Shown here one piece after another: positions 34,996 through 37,210 of a stretch of 37,210 nt of DNA. Under the pieces are notes generated by a model. It made no database searches. It had not been told where the DNA came from and saw only the letters and a list, made by a program, of their open reading frames with translations. Origin of the DNA: a virus (lineage: Duplodnaviria > Caudoviricetes); IMG/VR virus record IMGVR_UViG_3300050162_000123, positions 1 to 37,210 of that record. One strand, given 5' to 3'. The position numbers and the translations under genes were made by a program. How positions within the stretch are numbered: the stretch's first letter is position 1; each line of letters opens with the position of its first letter.

Positions 34996-35622
34996 CTATG
35001 CTGCCTGGGGGAGTTTCTGGATGATCGCGTCCACCTCGGAGAGGAAAGCCGTAACCTCGGCTTCCATCTCGTCGATGCGGGCCTGATCGCGTTCGAACCG
35101 CTTGATGAAGAGCTGGAGGTGTTCGGGCAACCTCGGGTCGAAGCTCACAAAGTCGCACCACCGCGCCCCGGTGCAGGCCATCTGCCAGAGCATCTGAGGC
35201 TGGTAGTCCTTCGGGACTGTGCCGGCCAGGAGGTAATCCAGGTGGGTGGCCGTATTGGGGCACTTGATCTCCACCAGCCCGTCATCGCCCACCAGCCCGT
35301 CAGGGGATGCGGCGCAGCGGTCGAGGGTGGGGTGCAGAACCATCCCCACCTGATCCACCATGACGTGTTTCGCGACCTCGTAAGCGGCCCGGGCGAAGGG
35401 TTCCTGATCGGTGCCCCACTGCATCGCGGCGTTGGTGAAGGTGGAATCCTGCGGGGTGTTGGTCAGGATCTCGGCAACGAGCTGCGCCTTGAGGTTTCTG
35501 CGGCTGGCGGATTCGCCGGTCTTGACCTTCGCCATCACATCGGCGACTCGGGAGGCCGTGACCTTCCCGGCGCGGGCCTGCTTCCATTCGATGCTGCCCT
35601 GCTCAAAGGTGAGGATGTTCAC
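34996..35622 (-). CDS. YqaJ / lambda-exonuclease family recombination nuclease
   Basis: QGS.EW..AR.G.VTAS, MQWG...E..AR, ASPDG, EIKCP, Q...QM. Confidence 0.93.
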   Translation of the reverse strand: MNILTFEQGSIEWKQARAGKVTASRVADVMAKVKTGESASRRNLKAQLVAEILTNTPQDSTFTNAAMQWGTDQEPFARAAYEVAKHVMVDQVGMVLHPTLDRCAASPDGLVGDDGLVEIKCPNTATHLDYLLAGTVPKDYQPQMLWQMACTGARWCDFVSFDPRLPEHLQLFIKRFERDQARIDEMEAEVTAFLSEVDAIIQKLPQAA

Positions 35623-36347
35623 TTGGCACCTCCCAACAGCGCGGCCTTCCGCGCGTCCTTGGCCTTGATGATTTCCGTGAGGGATGCCTTATCCTTCCGG
35701 GCTTCACGCTGCGCCTTCTCGTATGCCTGTTGAAGCGCGGGGATGTCCTTGGCTTCCTGGATGGCTGCGAGGTGGGCTTTGATCTGCGCGGCGTTCATGC
35801 CAAACCCGTTCCCGTCCCGGTCATCCTCGCCCACGGCGATGTTGAAGATCATCTTGAGCAGGTAGCGCATCCCGTAGGACATCGCCGCGCCTGTCGCGTG
35901 GGTCTTGGTCATCACATCGCCACCCTTCGCGCCCTTGCCATCAGCAGGCATCGGGACGCTGAACGTCTCCGTGTGGCCCTGAGCGTGGGATACGTGGCAC
36001 AGCACCAGGATCTTCTCGCTGTCCATGTCCTGCGTGGTGAAGCTCAGCGCGAACCCCTCCCGGCTGTAGACGGGCCGGATCTCACGGTCAATGGCGGCGT
36101 AGGTCGCATATTTGCTGCGAGTCTGGGGGTTCTCGGCATCGGCGGAAACCCGGCCCATGTCCGACTGGCACCGGCTCATAGCTGTGGCCCATGCCTGCTT
36201 GGCATCGTGGGCCATCATCCGTTCCTGGAGGGCCACCAAGCGTTCAATGGTTTCGATGGATGCCCCACCACCCACCGCGAGGTTGAGGATGCTCATTGCG
36301 CTCGGGGTGGCTACCGGCGCAGGCTCCAGGGTCGCGAGTTCGTTCAT
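35619..36347 (-). CDS. erf: ERF family single-strand annealing protein
   Basis: KYAT...I...I.P....GF, H..GH, GAAMSYGMRY.L..IFNI...ED.DG. Confidence 0.9.
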   Translation of the reverse strand: MNELATLEPAPVATPSAMSILNLAVGGGASIETIERLVALQERMMAHDAKQAWATAMSRCQSDMGRVSADAENPQTRSKYATYAAIDREIRPVYSREGFALSFTTQDMDSEKILVLCHVSHAQGHTETFSVPMPADGKGAKGGDVMTKTHATGAAMSYGMRYLLKMIFNIAVGEDDRDGNGFGMNAAQIKAHLAAIQEAKDIPALQQAYEKAQREARKDKASLTEIIKAKDARKAALLGGAK

Positions 36348-36526
36348 GCTGCGTTCTCCTCATAGGGATAGGGGCGCTCTTGGCGCAGGATTTTGGATCT
36401 GTGCTGGTCCCGGGCGTTCATGCCTTGCCAGGAGACGGGGTGGTAGATGGCCGCGAATTCCAGCAGCCCGACTGGGCGGTGTGGAATAGGGAAGGTCAGG
36501 TCTGGCGCGGGCGTGGGGCGCTTCAC
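36344..36526 (-). CDS. Hypothetical protein, about 60 aa
   Basis: GGAGG RBS; overlaps neighbours. Confidence 0.6.
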   Translation of the reverse strand: MKRPTPAPDLTFPIPHRPVGLLEFAAIYHPVSWQGMNARDQHRSKILRQERPYPYEENAA

Positions 36527-36627
36527 CACAGCACCTCCGCAGTCGCCTGGATAGCCTCAGATGCGTTGACGATGATCCCGGCCAAGATGGCCGCGACAAT
36601 GGCGGCACATGTGATCCATGACCTCAT
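36523..36627 (-). CDS. 34-aa membrane peptide (MRSWITCAAIVAAILAGIIVNASEAIQATAEVLW)
   Basis: GAGGAGG RBS plus ATGA overlap; one TM helix. Confidence 0.6.
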   Translation of the reverse strand: MRSWITCAAIVAAILAGIIVNASEAIQATAEVLW

Positions 36628-36779
36628 GCGGCCTCCTCGGCGGCCTGGAACACGCTCATCACGGGGCAAGGGAGTGTGACACTCTCATCGAAGCAGGTCT
36701 GGCAGACGAACATGCACGGGTCGGTGTCGGGCGGCAACAGTTCTCCGCACACGGCACAGATTTGGGGTTCGGCGTTCAT
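36624..36779 (-). CDS. Small zinc-finger protein, 51 aa
   Basis: CAVC...CQTC; GAGG RBS plus ATGA overlap. Confidence 0.65.
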   Translation of the reverse strand: MNAEPQICAVCGELLPPDTDPCMFVCQTCFDESVTLPCPVMSVFQAAEEAA

Positions 36780-37210
36780 GCGACGGCCTCGTTTTTCACC
36801 GGCACAAACTTGTCGCCGGAAAGTCGGTACGCCACGTTGGCCAGGATCCCGCCCTCTCCAACCTCGGCAACGCGGACCCGATACTGCTGGCGGGTCTCGT
36901 CCCAATACTGACAAATCAGGGTGGAGCGATTGCCGCCGGTCAGGGTGGAGTCATCGCCGCCGGTCAGGGTGGAGCCATAGCCGCCGGTCAGGGTGGAGCG
37001 ATCGCCGCCGGTCAGGGTGGAGTCATAGCCGCCGGTCAGGGTGGAGCCATAGCCGCCGGTCAGGGTGGAGCCATCGCCGCCGGTCAGGGTGGAGCGATCG
37101 CCGCCGGTCAGGGTGGAGCGATCGCCGCCGGTCAGGGTGGAGCCATCGCCGCCGGTCAGGGTGGAGCCGATGCCGCCGGTCAGGGTGGAGCGATTGCCTC
37201 CGGTCAGGGT
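36776..37210 (-). CDS. Octapeptide-repeat (GGxxSTLT) beta-solenoid protein, ice-nucleation-repeat-like; 5' end beyond the window edge
   Basis: Open frame of 12 repeats, then ICQYWDETRQQYRVRVAEVGEGGILANVAYRLSGDKFVPVKNEAVA*; absent from the ORF track because the repeat part has no start inside the window. Confidence 0.85.
   Translation of the reverse strand, partial: TLTGGNRSTLTGGIGSTLTGGDGSTLTGGDRSTLTGGDRSTLTGGDGSTLTGGYGSTLTGGYDSTLTGGDRSTLTGGYGSTLTGGDDSTLTGGNRSTLICQYWDETRQQYRVRVAEVGEGGILANVAYRLSGDKFVPVKNEAVA
36917..37210. repeat. 24-bp tandem repeat, 12 full units plus a partial
   Basis: CAGGGTGGAG-N5-GCCGCCGGT units. Confidence 0.97.

Larger units (their letters stand above)
1..37210. mobile_element. 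Temperate siphophage genome, excised/circularly permuted form
   Basis: Full set of immunity, replication, packaging, lysis, head, tail and integration modules. No host genes. attP is uninterrupted at about 30.1 kb, and the left early operon continues from position 94 around to 37210. Confidence 0.93.

Noticed and set aside
36917-37210. Repeat array as CRISPR or DGR variable region
   Set aside because: Variable parts are only about 5 nt, the period is a multiple of 3 with an open frame, and no cas or reverse transcriptase gene is present.
1-37210. Alternative genetic code, invertible tail cassette, retron or recognisable defence system; specific host assignment
   Set aside because: Genes are intact in the standard code and no such enzymes are visible. 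The host cannot be assigned without a database search.

Overview
The window looks like a complete or near-complete, GC-rich temperate siphophage genome in its excised (circular) configuration. An intact attP sits mid-window next to a tyrosine integrase; it carries the 3' 47 bp of a tRNA-Thr(CGT) gene, a perfect IHF box and a terminator. The plus strand runs cro, cII-like, ParB-like, SF2 helicase, TOPRIM primase, an AT-rich structured gap, the nin-like region, TerS/TerL, a Mor-like activator, lysis genes, a portal-gpF fusion, protease, capsid, neck, tail tube, frameshifted chaperone, tape measure and a GTA-like tail tip (DUF2460, DUF2163, NlpC/P60, 1567-aa tail protein). The minus strand carries an ImmR/ImmA immunity cassette and an early operon (ERF, YqaJ, MazG-like, C5 methyltransferase, xis, int). 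The most unusual items are: an ice-nucleation-like GGxxSTLT octapeptide array with a hypervariable di-residue that appears to join in frame across the two window ends; two unexplained structured intergenic elements (about 6150-6303 and 34649-34785); a lysis cassette and activator placed between terL and portal; and a Dit-like domain duplicated into the tail tip protein. All calls are by eye, without database searches. I found no reverse transcriptase, CRISPR array, invertase or clear defence system.
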